A stretch of 35,735 nucleotides of DNA from a virus (lineage: Duplodnaviria > Caudoviricetes): positions 1-35,735 of the IMG/VR virus record IMGVR_UViG_3300033067_001077. One strand, written 5' to 3'. Made by a program: the position numbers and the translations under genes. Shown here one piece after another: positions 1 to 8,141 of the stretch. The notes beneath the pieces are model-generated. The model saw only the letters and a list, made by a program, of their open reading frames with translations. It ran no database searches and was not told the DNA's origin. The first letter of the stretch is position 1. The number at the start of each line of letters is the position of its first letter.

Positions 1-2
1 CA

Positions 3-782
3 GAGTTAATCACATCTTGTCCCCACATTAGCTATGTTTTAGAGCACCTGGCACCGGAACATAAATTAGACGGAGAATTATACATCCATGGAGTAGATTT
101 GCAGACAATGCAATCCTACACTTCCCGTCAACGCCCTCATCAAGTTTATAAAGAGATTGAATATCACGTGTTCGATTATGTAGACACTGAAATGCCTTTC
201 ACAGAAAGATATGAAGTATTAAAAAAGATCATCAAAGAGTTAATGATTATCCACAACGATCTACTATCTACCTTTGAATCCATCCCAGAAAAGCTGCGGA
301 GCAAGACGGTATTATCGCCTAATTGTCCCATCAAATTAGTAACTTCCACTCATATAAATGGTCCTACAAATTCTCCAGGTTTCTTGGCTACACTCAAAAA
401 ATACCATACAGATTGTATTGAATTAGGTTATGAAGGTGCTATAATCCGTAATGGAGAAGCACCGTACGGGTTAAATTATCGTTCACCTGATCTACTCAAA
501 TTCAAATCTAGGATGGATGATGAATTTGAAATCATCGATGTAGTTGAAGCATACAATCAAATGGGGACATTTGTATGTAAAACTAAAGACGGGGCTATAT
601 TTGAAGCAACTCCCTCTTGGACAGTAGACAGAAAGCGTTGGTTATTAAGAAACAAGGAAAAATATATTGGAAAGATGCTAACTGTTGAATTTGAGAAATA
701 CTCCAAAGACAAAGTACCCCTAAAACCTACTGGTAAAGCTACCCGAGAAAAGGAAAAGGAAGAAGCCGATGACCCCTCTTGA
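3..782 (+). CDS. ATP-dependent DNA ligase (5'-truncated by window edge)
   Basis: The frame is open from position 3, upstream of the listed 99 start, and gives KLDGELY (motif III). Then YHVFD (IIIa), GYEGAIIRN (IV), LLKFK (V) and an OB-fold C-terminus (IGKMLTVEF...P). Confidence 0.9.
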   Translation, partial: ELITSCPHISYVLEHLAPEHKLDGELYIHGVDLQTMQSYTSRQRPHQVYKEIEYHVFDYVDTEMPFTERYEVLKKIIKELMIIHNDLLSTFESIPEKLRSKTVLSPNCPIKLVTSTHINGPTNSPGFLATLKKYHTDCIELGYEGAIIRNGEAPYGLNYRSPDLLKFKSRMDDEFEIIDVVEAYNQMGTFVCKTKDGAIFEATPSWTVDRKRWLLRNKEKYIGKMLTVEFEKYSKDKVPLKPTGKATREKEKEEADDPS

Positions 783-1161
783 TGGATTAAAATTATCTCT
801 CAAAGTAGCAATTGGTCACAATTCTACCGTATTAGCTCTCAATCCAAAACAACTATTAGAAGCAATCAATCCAAAGATATTTACCGATATCAATGAACAT
901 CCCGATAGGCAGAAACCATTAGATGTTAACTACATAGTGGACAACTTACAGGAATGTCTCAACAATCTACTAGATGCCAGAAAAAAACTAATCAATCTAG
1001 GCTTATACGAATTGGATGTCGACTATGAAGAAAAAGGGATCCCCACAAAACAAACAGTTCAAATCTTCTCTAGAGAAACGGTTCCTAACTCACTGGAAGA
1101 AGACAGGGATACCTATAGCAACTCAGAAACAATTCCACCCGACACGGATGTGGAGATTTGA
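769..1161 (+). CDS. hypothetical protein
   Basis: Start overlaps the ligase stop. The C-terminal third overlaps the next ORF in another frame. Confidence 0.55.
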   Translation: MTPLDGLKLSLKVAIGHNSTVLALNPKQLLEAINPKIFTDINEHPDRQKPLDVNYIVDNLQECLNNLLDARKKLINLGLYELDVDYEEKGIPTKQTVQIFSRETVPNSLEEDRDTYSNSETIPPDTDVEI

Positions 1162-1435
1162 TTTTGCTTTCCCTAATCTCATGATAGCCATAGAAATTCA
1201 AGGGTATGGTCAAGGACACGCTGCATATTCCTCTATGCATCAAGACTATGTACGACACAATGAAGCTGTTAGACTAGGTTGGAAAGTTTACTATTTCATG
1301 GGCAAAGACATAGAAGGAGAAGCTATCCACAAAACAATTGAATACGTGCAACGACTAATCAACCACACACACCCAACACCCCCCAGAGAAACCGGGGCGG
1401 AGTTACTAAGGAGATTACATGGTAAGACTACCTAA
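1016..1435 (+). CDS. PD-(D/E)xK endonuclease, DUF559/Vsr-like
   Basis: QFHPTRMWRFDFAFPNLMIAIEIQG...H...DYVRHNEAVRLGWKVYYF is the typical pattern of this small phage nuclease family. The start may be ATG 1025. Confidence 0.8.
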   Translation: MSTMKKKGSPQNKQFKSSLEKRFLTHWKKTGIPIATQKQFHPTRMWRFDFAFPNLMIAIEIQGYGQGHAAYSSMHQDYVRHNEAVRLGWKVYYFMGKDIEGEAIHKTIEYVQRLINHTHPTPPRETGAELLRRLHGKTT

Positions 1436-1664
1436 TCAAATCGAAGAAGAAACATTACAGAGTGCTTTCACTGATGTATTGGAGGTCTTTGATAAACATC
1501 GACTTACTGTACCTTTCGGTTTCTCTGTGTGTTTAGGTGGATTAAATTATGTAACTAAGATCCAATACGATTTATCAGAAGAACACGCCAGTGAATTAGC
1601 AGATTTAATGGCAGAAACAGTTCAAAATACAATCCATAAATTCTTACAAGATAAGGGATACTGA
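1419..1664 (+). CDS. hypothetical protein
   Basis: AAGGAG Shine-Dalgarno upstream; stop overlaps the next start (TGATG). Confidence 0.7.
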   Translation: MVRLPNQIEEETLQSAFTDVLEVFDKHRLTVPFGFSVCLGGLNYVTKIQYDLSEEHASELADLMAETVQNTIHKFLQDKGY

Positions 1665-2053
1665 TGGATAATGAAGAAGAACTCGATGAATTTCCACTAA
1701 GTGCTAGCTTAGTAAGCTGCATGATCAAATTAACTCGTGAGGAAGGAATAGCTATAAAATCATTGATAAATGAAAACTATGCTCACACTTTTCCACATTA
1801 TTGCCAACGTGTAGGAATATCTACTCCAAATTTCTACTCAACACTAAATGGTGAAAGACAATGTTCCTTAGAATTTCTTAATAAATTATTATCTGGAATA
1901 GGATATTGTGCAATTATATCTGATCCCGAAATAACTATTAAAGAGATACCACAAACTGAAATCATAATAGAACATCTAACGGAGATACCCAATGGCACGT
2001 ACGAAATGGAAATGGAGAGGGCAAACGAAGACGAAGACTTTGATTCTCCCTAA
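1664..2053 (+). CDS. XRE-like helix-turn-helix protein with acidic tail
   Basis: YCQRVGISTPNFYSTLNGERQCSLEFLNKLLSGIG resembles a Cro/cI-type HTH. Confidence 0.6.
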   Translation: MDNEEELDEFPLSASLVSCMIKLTREEGIAIKSLINENYAHTFPHYCQRVGISTPNFYSTLNGERQCSLEFLNKLLSGIGYCAIISDPEITIKEIPQTEIIIEHLTEIPNGTYEMEMERANEDEDFDSP

Positions 2054-2510
2054 TCAATATTATTTGACAACCAATTTTGAATATAATCATGAAAGTGGAA
2101 TATTTTCAAAAGATGGAAATCCGGTCGGTTCCAATATGGGTACGTATTATCAAGTCTCCATAAACAGCACAAGTTATTATGTGCACCGTTTAATTTGGAA
2201 ATACGTAACTGGTGAAGAACCAAATATAATCGATCATATAAATGGTAATGGATTAGATAATCGATGGATCAATCTACGAAATGTCGCTCACATAGCTAAT
2301 TCTAGAAACAGAAAACAACACAACAACGGAAGTGGGATAACCGGTGTAACTTTTAATCACGCCAGAGATCGTTGGAGAGCAGACATATGTTGTTCTGGAA
2401 AAACACATTATTTAGGGAGCTATATTAATGCTTTAGACGCGATTCAAGCAAGAATTGAAGCAGAGGAAATCTTTTGGGGGAAATCACATGTTCATACCAA
2501 TCTTAAATAA
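1992..2510 (+). CDS. HNH homing endonuclease with C-terminal AP2-like domain
   Basis: YYVHRLIW...IDHINGNGLDNRWINLR (HNH), then SGITGVTFNHARDRWRADI...YLGSY (AP2-like). Start uncertain. Confidence 0.88.
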   Translation: MARTKWKWRGQTKTKTLILPNQYYLTTNFEYNHESGIFSKDGNPVGSNMGTYYQVSINSTSYYVHRLIWKYVTGEEPNIIDHINGNGLDNRWINLRNVAHIANSRNRKQHNNGSGITGVTFNHARDRWRADICCSGKTHYLGSYINALDAIQARIEAEEIFWGKSHVHTNLK

Positions 2511-3192
2511 GGAAATAGTTCCAGGAGATAGCTACACTGGTGTTTCGGATTGGAGTAACTGCAAAAAATGTAGATTACATCATACAAGACACCGAGTCGC
2601 TATCAAACGAACAGGAGGAAGCGGACATGTGAAGCTGCTTTTTATAGGAGAAGCGCCAGGTGAAATGGAGAACAAGACCGGAATACCATTTGTAGGAATA
2701 GCTGGTAAAATTCTTTACCACCTATTCAAACATACTCATTTTCAGTTCCAATACTGTATAACTAACACAGTTGGTTGTCGTCCAGTAGATGTGATAATGG
2801 TTGACGAAGATTATGAATTAAACGATAGATTAACCTCAGATGACTACGAACTAATCAATTGGAACAGAGAACCAACAAAAGCGGAAATAGAACTATGTAA
2901 ACCCCACATAGATGAACTACTTGAATGGTATCAACCTCATGGAGTAGTTTATTTAGGTAAGATAGCCGAATCCTATAAAGACCCTAAATACTTAGTACCT
3001 GAAACAAAGTTATTAGAACCTGAAGCTAAGTTGTTCAAACATACAAGTTACAAAAGTGGTTTTGTTTACCGACACCCCCCAACACTTTCACTATTCCATC
3101 CAGCTTACATAGCTAGGTTAGAATACAAATTACTTACCATCAGAAAAGAAGCTAAGAAATTAGATGAATTTGTAGAAAGGTTTTTAGGATGA
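2488..3192 (+). CDS. uracil-DNA glycosylase, family 4-like (Fe-S type)
   Basis: CKKCRL, LLFIGEAPG.E...G.PFVG.AGK.L, TNTVGCRP, NREPT..EIELC, FHPAY. ATG 2488 follows a GGGGG SD. Confidence 0.88.
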   Translation: MFIPILNKEIVPGDSYTGVSDWSNCKKCRLHHTRHRVAIKRTGGSGHVKLLFIGEAPGEMENKTGIPFVGIAGKILYHLFKHTHFQFQYCITNTVGCRPVDVIMVDEDYELNDRLTSDDYELINWNREPTKAEIELCKPHIDELLEWYQPHGVVYLGKIAESYKDPKYLVPETKLLEPEAKLFKHTSYKSGFVYRHPPTLSLFHPAYIARLEYKLLTIRKEAKKLDEFVERFLG

Positions 3193-3199
3193 AACTAGT

Positions 3200-3706
3200 A
3201 TGGGCAGGACCATTAAAAGGAGGAATAACACAATGAATCCCATGAATCGTTTAAAATTACCGGATTTAGATCATCTATCATATGATCCGAATACGGGAAC
3301 AATAACAGAAAACGAACAACACGTTGGGCATATAAACCATTATGGGTACCACGTAATAAATGTAGGTGGGACCGCCTACTATGCCCACAGAATTGCTTGG
3401 AAAATTTATTACAAAGAAGAACCACCCGAACACCTAGATCATATAAATAGGGATAAAGGTGACAACAGAATTAAAAACCTGAGAAAATGTACCGATTCAG
3501 AAAACAAACGGAATCGTGGAGTACAAAAGAACAGCAAAACAACTCTGAAAGGCATAGTATTCGACCATGAACGTGGACAGTACAGAGTAACTCTTCGTAA
3601 AAACAATAAGCAACACCATTGGGGCAGATACTATAATGCACTAGATGCTATAGAAGCCCGCTTAGATGCTGAAGAATATCATTGGGGTGTAGCATGTCGA
3701 AAGTAG
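3200..3706 (+). CDS. HNH homing endonuclease with C-terminal AP2-like domain
   Basis: YYAHRIAW...LDHINRDKGDNRIKNLR, then KGIVFDHERGQYRV...WGRY. Paralog of 1992-2510. The true start may be ATG 3233 after AGGAGG. Confidence 0.88.
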   Translation: MGRTIKRRNNTMNPMNRLKLPDLDHLSYDPNTGTITENEQHVGHINHYGYHVINVGGTAYYAHRIAWKIYYKEEPPEHLDHINRDKGDNRIKNLRKCTDSENKRNRGVQKNSKTTLKGIVFDHERGQYRVTLRKNNKQHHWGRYYNALDAIEARLDAEEYHWGVACRK

Positions 3707-4707
3707 TTTGGAAGGGTCCTTTACACGGAGGAATAACCCAGTCACTGCTCACACGTTTTTTAGAGTGTCCCTACCGATTTTACTTGTATGCCGGACTTGG
3801 TTTGACTGAACCAGGTGAACCAGAACCTAATCTAGTTTGGGGTGATATATGTCACAAAGGACTAGAGTTAATCATTGAAAAGCCCTACGAGATAAGTGAG
3901 TTCACCCCAGAAGATTGGGCCGAAGTCCACCAAGGGATCGAGGAACACCAACAACGTGATTGGCCAGGAGCACCAATCACATTCCTGCCTTCGATAAAGA
4001 ACATGATCACCCTATACAACGATTCATACAAGCAAGAGTATGGAAAGTTTGTTACAGAGAATAAATTCAGTATTGAACATAAAACCGCCGGTGGCAATCG
4101 AGTAACTCTCAGGGGAAAAGCAGATGGTTGGCAAGAACAACACCACGTGTTGGTTGAACACAAGTGTAAAGGTAAAATCGATATTCAACAAACAATACGA
4201 GAAACCCCCACCGATCTCCAAGTAACGGTTTACTCATTTGTACTTGGTACCAGAATAATCATTTATGATCTAATTCGAATACCTGATACCCAATGGAGTT
4301 TGCCACCAAAGAGACAATATGAGAATCCAATCAACTATATTAAATCTCTTTACAACAATAGAGACTGGGGTGACTTCCCAATCAATACAAAGAAACACAG
4401 GTGGTTACAACAAGTACCTATTTACATAACTGATGAACAAGTCCAAGAGACAATGGCTTTGACAGTCGATCCACTAATTGACAAACTTTGTATCTATTGG
4501 GAATATGTTTCTCAACCAGAGTTTGATCACAACAACCCTAAATTCTACAATCACCTTTTCTACAGAACACCAATCCGTCATTTTGATCCATCTAGAACAC
4601 AATCTTACAAGTGTTCCTACTGGAACTTATTGACAGGTGCAATTGACATGGAAGATTTAGTAAGAGTAGATTCCTTTTATGCAGAATTGGATGATAAAGA
4701 TGGCTAA
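3694..4707 (+). CDS. PD-(D/E)xK exonuclease (RecB/Cas4-like recombination nuclease)
   Basis: ITQSLLTRFLECPYRFYL, WGDICHKGLE, LRGKADG...VEHK, DLQVTVY. Lies upstream of a Sak4-like ATPase and an SSB. Confidence 0.8.
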   Translation: MSKVVWKGPLHGGITQSLLTRFLECPYRFYLYAGLGLTEPGEPEPNLVWGDICHKGLELIIEKPYEISEFTPEDWAEVHQGIEEHQQRDWPGAPITFLPSIKNMITLYNDSYKQEYGKFVTENKFSIEHKTAGGNRVTLRGKADGWQEQHHVLVEHKCKGKIDIQQTIRETPTDLQVTVYSFVLGTRIIIYDLIRIPDTQWSLPPKRQYENPINYIKSLYNNRDWGDFPINTKKHRWLQQVPIYITDEQVQETMALTVDPLIDKLCIYWEYVSQPEFDHNNPKFYNHLFYRTPIRHFDPSRTQSYKCSYWNLLTGAIDMEDLVRVDSFYAELDDKDG

Positions 4708-4918
4708 AGTATATATAATCTACCACTCAAAGTCCAACCTCTACTTAAAGGATATAGGAGATAACCTGTCTCTTTCTTTTGTAGACAACGCTTTCGATGC
4801 TCTATTTTTTACAAAGGAATTGGCTGAAGAACTAGTACGTTTCTTGAACATTAACACACCCCACTTTTTATCAGTAGAGTCAATAAATGAGGAAGAAGAT
4901 GTATCGGATAACTCATAA
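4700..4918 (+). CDS. hypothetical protein
   Basis: Start overlaps the upstream stop; tight operon packing. Confidence 0.6.
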   Translation: MAKVYIIYHSKSNLYLKDIGDNLSLSFVDNAFDALFFTKELAEELVRFLNINTPHFLSVESINEEEDVSDNS

Positions 4919-5078
4919 AGGTTATGTAGTAGAAGGAAAGGCTACCTCACCACAAAATGCTTGTCGATTAGCCTTCAAGAAACTTATAGAAGCACAATTG
5001 ATAAAGAACACACCGCCAACTGACAATGATGCCGAATCTTCTTTTAAAGACACGAAAGTAGAGGTGATAAGTGAGTAA
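4899..5078 (+). CDS. hypothetical protein
   Basis: GAGG SD before ATG 4899; tight packing. Confidence 0.6.
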   Translation: MYRITHKGYVVEGKATSPQNACRLAFKKLIEAQLIKNTPPTDNDAESSFKDTKVEVISE

Positions 5079-5517
5079 ACTATCAAAAACTGATATCGAT
5101 GAGTTAGGGAACTCATTCGAAGAACGTATCAAAAAGATGAACGAAACATTTAAACTCCCATCTAACGACAAACCGACTGACCAAGAATTTAACAGACTTG
5201 AACAATTTCACGCTGTGATGATTGACGAACTTAGTGAATTGTGGGAGGTTTATCACACTTCTTATGGACCGCCTAATTTTGTCACTCTTGCAGACACTTT
5301 AGGAGATTTAGTAGTTTACGTCTTCTCGGAAGCACGCCGTTGGGGAATCCCATTGGTTGATGTACTCCATATCATCATGGATTCACAAGACAGCAAGCTA
5401 GTAGATGGACAACCATTGATGGCACCAGACGGATCCAAGTTCATCAAAGGCCCCAACTACATACCCCCAGAAGATAAAATCCGGGCATTGTTGGAGCGGT
5501 TGAATGGTAACCCATAA
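5071..5517 (+). CDS. MazG-like / PRA-PH family all-alpha NTP pyrophosphohydrolase
   Basis: IDELSEL...LADTLGDLVVYV...IMDSQDSKLVDGQP...DGSKFIKGPNYIPP matches the DR2231-type (dUTPase-like) phage MazG pattern. Confidence 0.82.
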   Translation: MSKLSKTDIDELGNSFEERIKKMNETFKLPSNDKPTDQEFNRLEQFHAVMIDELSELWEVYHTSYGPPNFVTLADTLGDLVVYVFSEARRWGIPLVDVLHIIMDSQDSKLVDGQPLMAPDGSKFIKGPNYIPPEDKIRALLERLNGNP

Positions 5518-5689
5518 GATCGAAACTGTGATTAGTTTACCCGATACTCCAATAATCAAATACTCTAACGAAATTGAAGGACCAACAGAACAAAACCCAG
5601 AAACAGTATATGCTTTACTAAGAGGTCACTTGACCACCCTTCAAACAGAGTTAGATAGTTTAGAATTACGAATTAAGAGGAAAAAATGA
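5504..5689 (+). CDS. hypothetical protein
   Basis: Overlapping start and stop; C-terminal coiled coil. Confidence 0.6.
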   Translation: MVTHKIETVISLPDTPIIKYSNEIEGPTEQNPETVYALLRGHLTTLQTELDSLELRIKRKK

Positions 5690-6468
5690 CAAGGGGACTC
5701 GGTTTAGTTTTCTATGGTGGTGAGGGTATCGGTAAAACTGGTACTGCTTTACAACTATCTATTTTAGGACCATTAACATGTTTTTCTATAGGAGAGTCAG
5801 GTTATGAGGACTTGGAAGTAGTTGGTGAAGTTCCACAAGGATGTAACAACACTAACATCGACAGTTGGGAATCCTTAATGAGTAACGTAAAAAAGATTAA
5901 GGAAGGGGTTATTGTTATTGACTCTCTTTCAGGATTGCAAAGAATATTGTTTGACTACGTATGTCGAACAGCTTATGGAAACGATTGGGAAAAGTTTACT
6001 AACTACTGGAAAGGACAACGTGTTGATGCTCCAGTGTTTTTAGACAACTTTCTCAATTACTTAGACTCTCTAAGAGTGAAAGGAGTTCATGTAGTTTTAA
6101 TCGGTCACATGATTACAGCTAGTGAAACCAATACTCTTGGAGCAGATTATCTATCTCACGTGATTGATCTAGATCAAGGAGATAAAGGTGGGTTACGTTC
6201 AAGTATCACTAAATGGGCACAAGCTGTACTATTTATGAACATTGACGTAGCTATTACTCGTGCAACTGAATTGGCTAAGGATAAAACCGTTATTGAAGGG
6301 AAAGCAAAAGACGATGACAACCGACTAATGTTTACTACTAAAGCCCCTGGACATTCTGCTAAGAATCGTCTACAACTACCCTCTATTATCCCAATGGGGG
6401 ATTCAGCAAAAGAAGCATTCAAAAACCTATGGAATCACATGCCCAAAGCATACAAAGACTTGATATGA
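5686..6468 (+). CDS. AAA_24 / Sak4-like ATPase (single-strand annealing protein)
   Basis: YGGEGIGKT (Walker A), IVIDSL (Walker B), VVLIGH, AKNR. Exonuclease-ATPase-SSB context. Confidence 0.85.
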   Translation: MTRGLGLVFYGGEGIGKTGTALQLSILGPLTCFSIGESGYEDLEVVGEVPQGCNNTNIDSWESLMSNVKKIKEGVIVIDSLSGLQRILFDYVCRTAYGNDWEKFTNYWKGQRVDAPVFLDNFLNYLDSLRVKGVHVVLIGHMITASETNTLGADYLSHVIDLDQGDKGGLRSSITKWAQAVLFMNIDVAITRATELAKDKTVIEGKAKDDDNRLMFTTKAPGHSAKNRLQLPSIIPMGDSAKEAFKNLWNHMPKAYKDLI

Positions 6469-6662
6469 CAGACAACGATAAACAGTATATACTGACTAAA
6501 TTAGAAGCACATCAAGAGTCCATTCAAGATGTATGCCTAGCAACTGCCGCAGCATTAGAAGAAACTGCCACAGTTATAGAAAAAATGCAACAAGAGATAG
6601 AACTAATCAAAAGGACACTAAGACCAGTATGTATTGACACAGAAAACCCCATCCACTTCTAA
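6465..6662 (+). CDS. hypothetical coiled-coil protein
   Basis: ATGA overlap with the upstream stop. Confidence 0.6.
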   Translation: MTDNDKQYILTKLEAHQESIQDVCLATAAALEETATVIEKMQQEIELIKRTLRPVCIDTENPIHF

Positions 6663-6719
6663 ACAACAACCAATTTAAGTTTCTCCGTTTAAGTACCCAC
6701 AGTTTTAAGGATTTTAAGA

Positions 6720-7409
6720 ATGGCTAACGTCAAAGTATCTTCCGACTTCAACAAGTTCCTATCTCGCAATGCCAAGGCTGTAGAAGAAGCCAAGTCAGCA
6801 GACAATTCAATGTCCACCTGCAAGATGCCCGTAGGGTGGAAAGGGTTCTGCATTTGTGTTGGAGCGGAAGCAGGTAAAGACCCGGATCGTAAAGATGAGA
6901 AAGGTAACACTCAGGTTGGTCGTGACTTTGTACGTCTCGACTTCAATGTAGTTAACGATGAGGGGTACTCAGGTTCCAAGTTCGTTAAGAAGTGGCAATT
7001 CTGGGATACAGAAAAGGCTACTGCTATGGACCGTTTCGAGTGGTGCTTGAACGAGTTGGAGAACCTGGGGTTGCCAGGTGAAGTTCGTCGTTCCCCCGAT
7101 ACCACTATCGAAGACATGTTGAACTTTTTCATCAACGGTGACAAGGTGTTTGGTTGTGAAGTCAAGCACAACGAATATCGTCGTGGTGATCAGAAGGAAG
7201 TCACTGTTCACAACATCGAAGCTGTAGATGGTGTTGAGAATATGGCTCCTGTTGGACATGCTCCAGTGAAAGCAGGTCCCGAAGTGGGAAAGGACGTCAA
7301 TTACATGGGAAAAGCGTGGGAGTTGGTGGATGCGGACGGGGACGATCTAGTGATCAAATCCAAGGCCACCGGACAAACTCGTAACATCAAAACGTCTGAT
7401 TTAGATTAA
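6720..7409 (+). CDS. putative single-stranded DNA-binding protein (DUF669-like)
   Basis: Downstream of the Sak4-like gene; beta-rich OB-like pattern (MPVGW.G.C....E.G...FVRLDFNVV); strong SD; followed by a terminator. Confidence 0.6.
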   Translation: MANVKVSSDFNKFLSRNAKAVEEAKSADNSMSTCKMPVGWKGFCICVGAEAGKDPDRKDEKGNTQVGRDFVRLDFNVVNDEGYSGSKFVKKWQFWDTEKATAMDRFEWCLNELENLGLPGEVRRSPDTTIEDMLNFFINGDKVFGCEVKHNEYRRGDQKEVTVHNIEAVDGVENMAPVGHAPVKAGPEVGKDVNYMGKAWELVDADGDDLVIKSKATGQTRNIKTSDLD

Positions 7410-7434
7410 ATTTAGACCGTTACCTATTCCTCGC

Positions 7435-7469
7435 TGACATACCGAGAGTCACGTATGTCACTTTCTTTT
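7435..7469 (+). terminator. rho-independent terminator
   Basis: TGACATAC (7435-42) / GTATGTCA (7453-60) form a perfect 8-bp stem followed by CTTTCTTTT. Confidence 0.75.
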
Positions 7470-7482
7470 AAAGGATTTTAGA

Positions 7483-7725
7483 ATGGATACTCCTCCTGTC
7501 CGTAAAGTTTGTCCAGTCTGTGAAACCACCTTCTGGAGCTACCAGAATCACAAATACTGCTCTAAAGCATGTTGGGCACTACAAGACCAGAAAACACCTA
7601 ACTACATCCCCACCCCAGAAGAGATCAAGGAGCAGACGGAACTGATGCGTAGTGGTAAACTAGTTATAAAAGGAGAAAATAGCATACAACCAAACTGGGG
7701 GCCACGTGAAAAGAAGAAAAAGTAA
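7483..7725 (+). CDS. small zinc-finger protein
   Basis: CPVC...KYCSKAC; AAGGA SD. Confidence 0.7.
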   Translation: MDTPPVRKVCPVCETTFWSYQNHKYCSKACWALQDQKTPNYIPTPEEIKEQTELMRSGKLVIKGENSIQPNWGPREKKKK

Positions 7726-7873
7726 AGACACTAAATCTATCAAATGCTTAAAGTGTTTGAAACTATTTCAATCTTTAGATCCCACTAGAAATAGAATCTG
7801 CCCTAAATGTGAAGCAAGAAATAAAGAAGAACCACGAGAATACCGAGTTCACATCCCTACCAGTGAAAAATAA
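7706..7873 (+). CDS. 55-aa zinc-ribbon protein (below the ORF track cut-off)
   Basis: GTG start after GGGGG; MKRRKSKDTKSIKCLKCLKLFQSLDPTRNRICPKCEARNK... has two CxxC pairs. Confidence 0.6.
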   Translation: MKRRKSKDTKSIKCLKCLKLFQSLDPTRNRICPKCEARNKEEPREYRVHIPTSEK

Positions 7874-7922
7874 TCATGTTCTATCTAAATATCTACTCTA
7901 AAGATTTACTAGGAAATTGACG

Positions 7923-8141
7923 ATGCTCTACCATATCTCTTTGGATGCTAACAAACATGCTAATCCACAACTATTTGACTCTCGACTCAATTTAACTATG
8001 CACGTGAATTTCGAAGGTGCTAGATCCTTCTTAGAAGAATACATCAATCGTTTACAATTAAATCCGATCTCAATTTATGAATCTCACTTACCAAATAGAG
8101 TTCAATTGATCTGTTGGTATACTATGAAAGAGAAGAAATGA
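7923..8141 (+). CDS. hypothetical protein
   Basis: AGGA SD; stop overlaps the polymerase ATG (ATGA). Confidence 0.55.
   Translation: MLYHISLDANKHANPQLFDSRLNLTMHVNFEGARSFLEEYINRLQLNPISIYESHLPNRVQLICWYTMKEKK

Noticed and set aside
1992-3706. Group I introns housing the HNH genes
   Set aside because: The flanking genes appear complete, and the HNH ORFs abut or overlap neighbours, leaving no room for ribozyme cores.
3694-4707. Cas4-like nuclease as part of a CRISPR system
   Set aside because: No repeat-spacer array or other cas gene is visible. The exonuclease-Sak4-SSB context indicates recombination.
7876-7925. 14-codon ORF (MFYLNIYSKDLLGN) possibly frameshifted into the 7917-8141 ORF
   Set aside because: Could be a frameshift or sequencing error, but the downstream ORF has its own SD and ATG; cannot be decided without homologs or reads.
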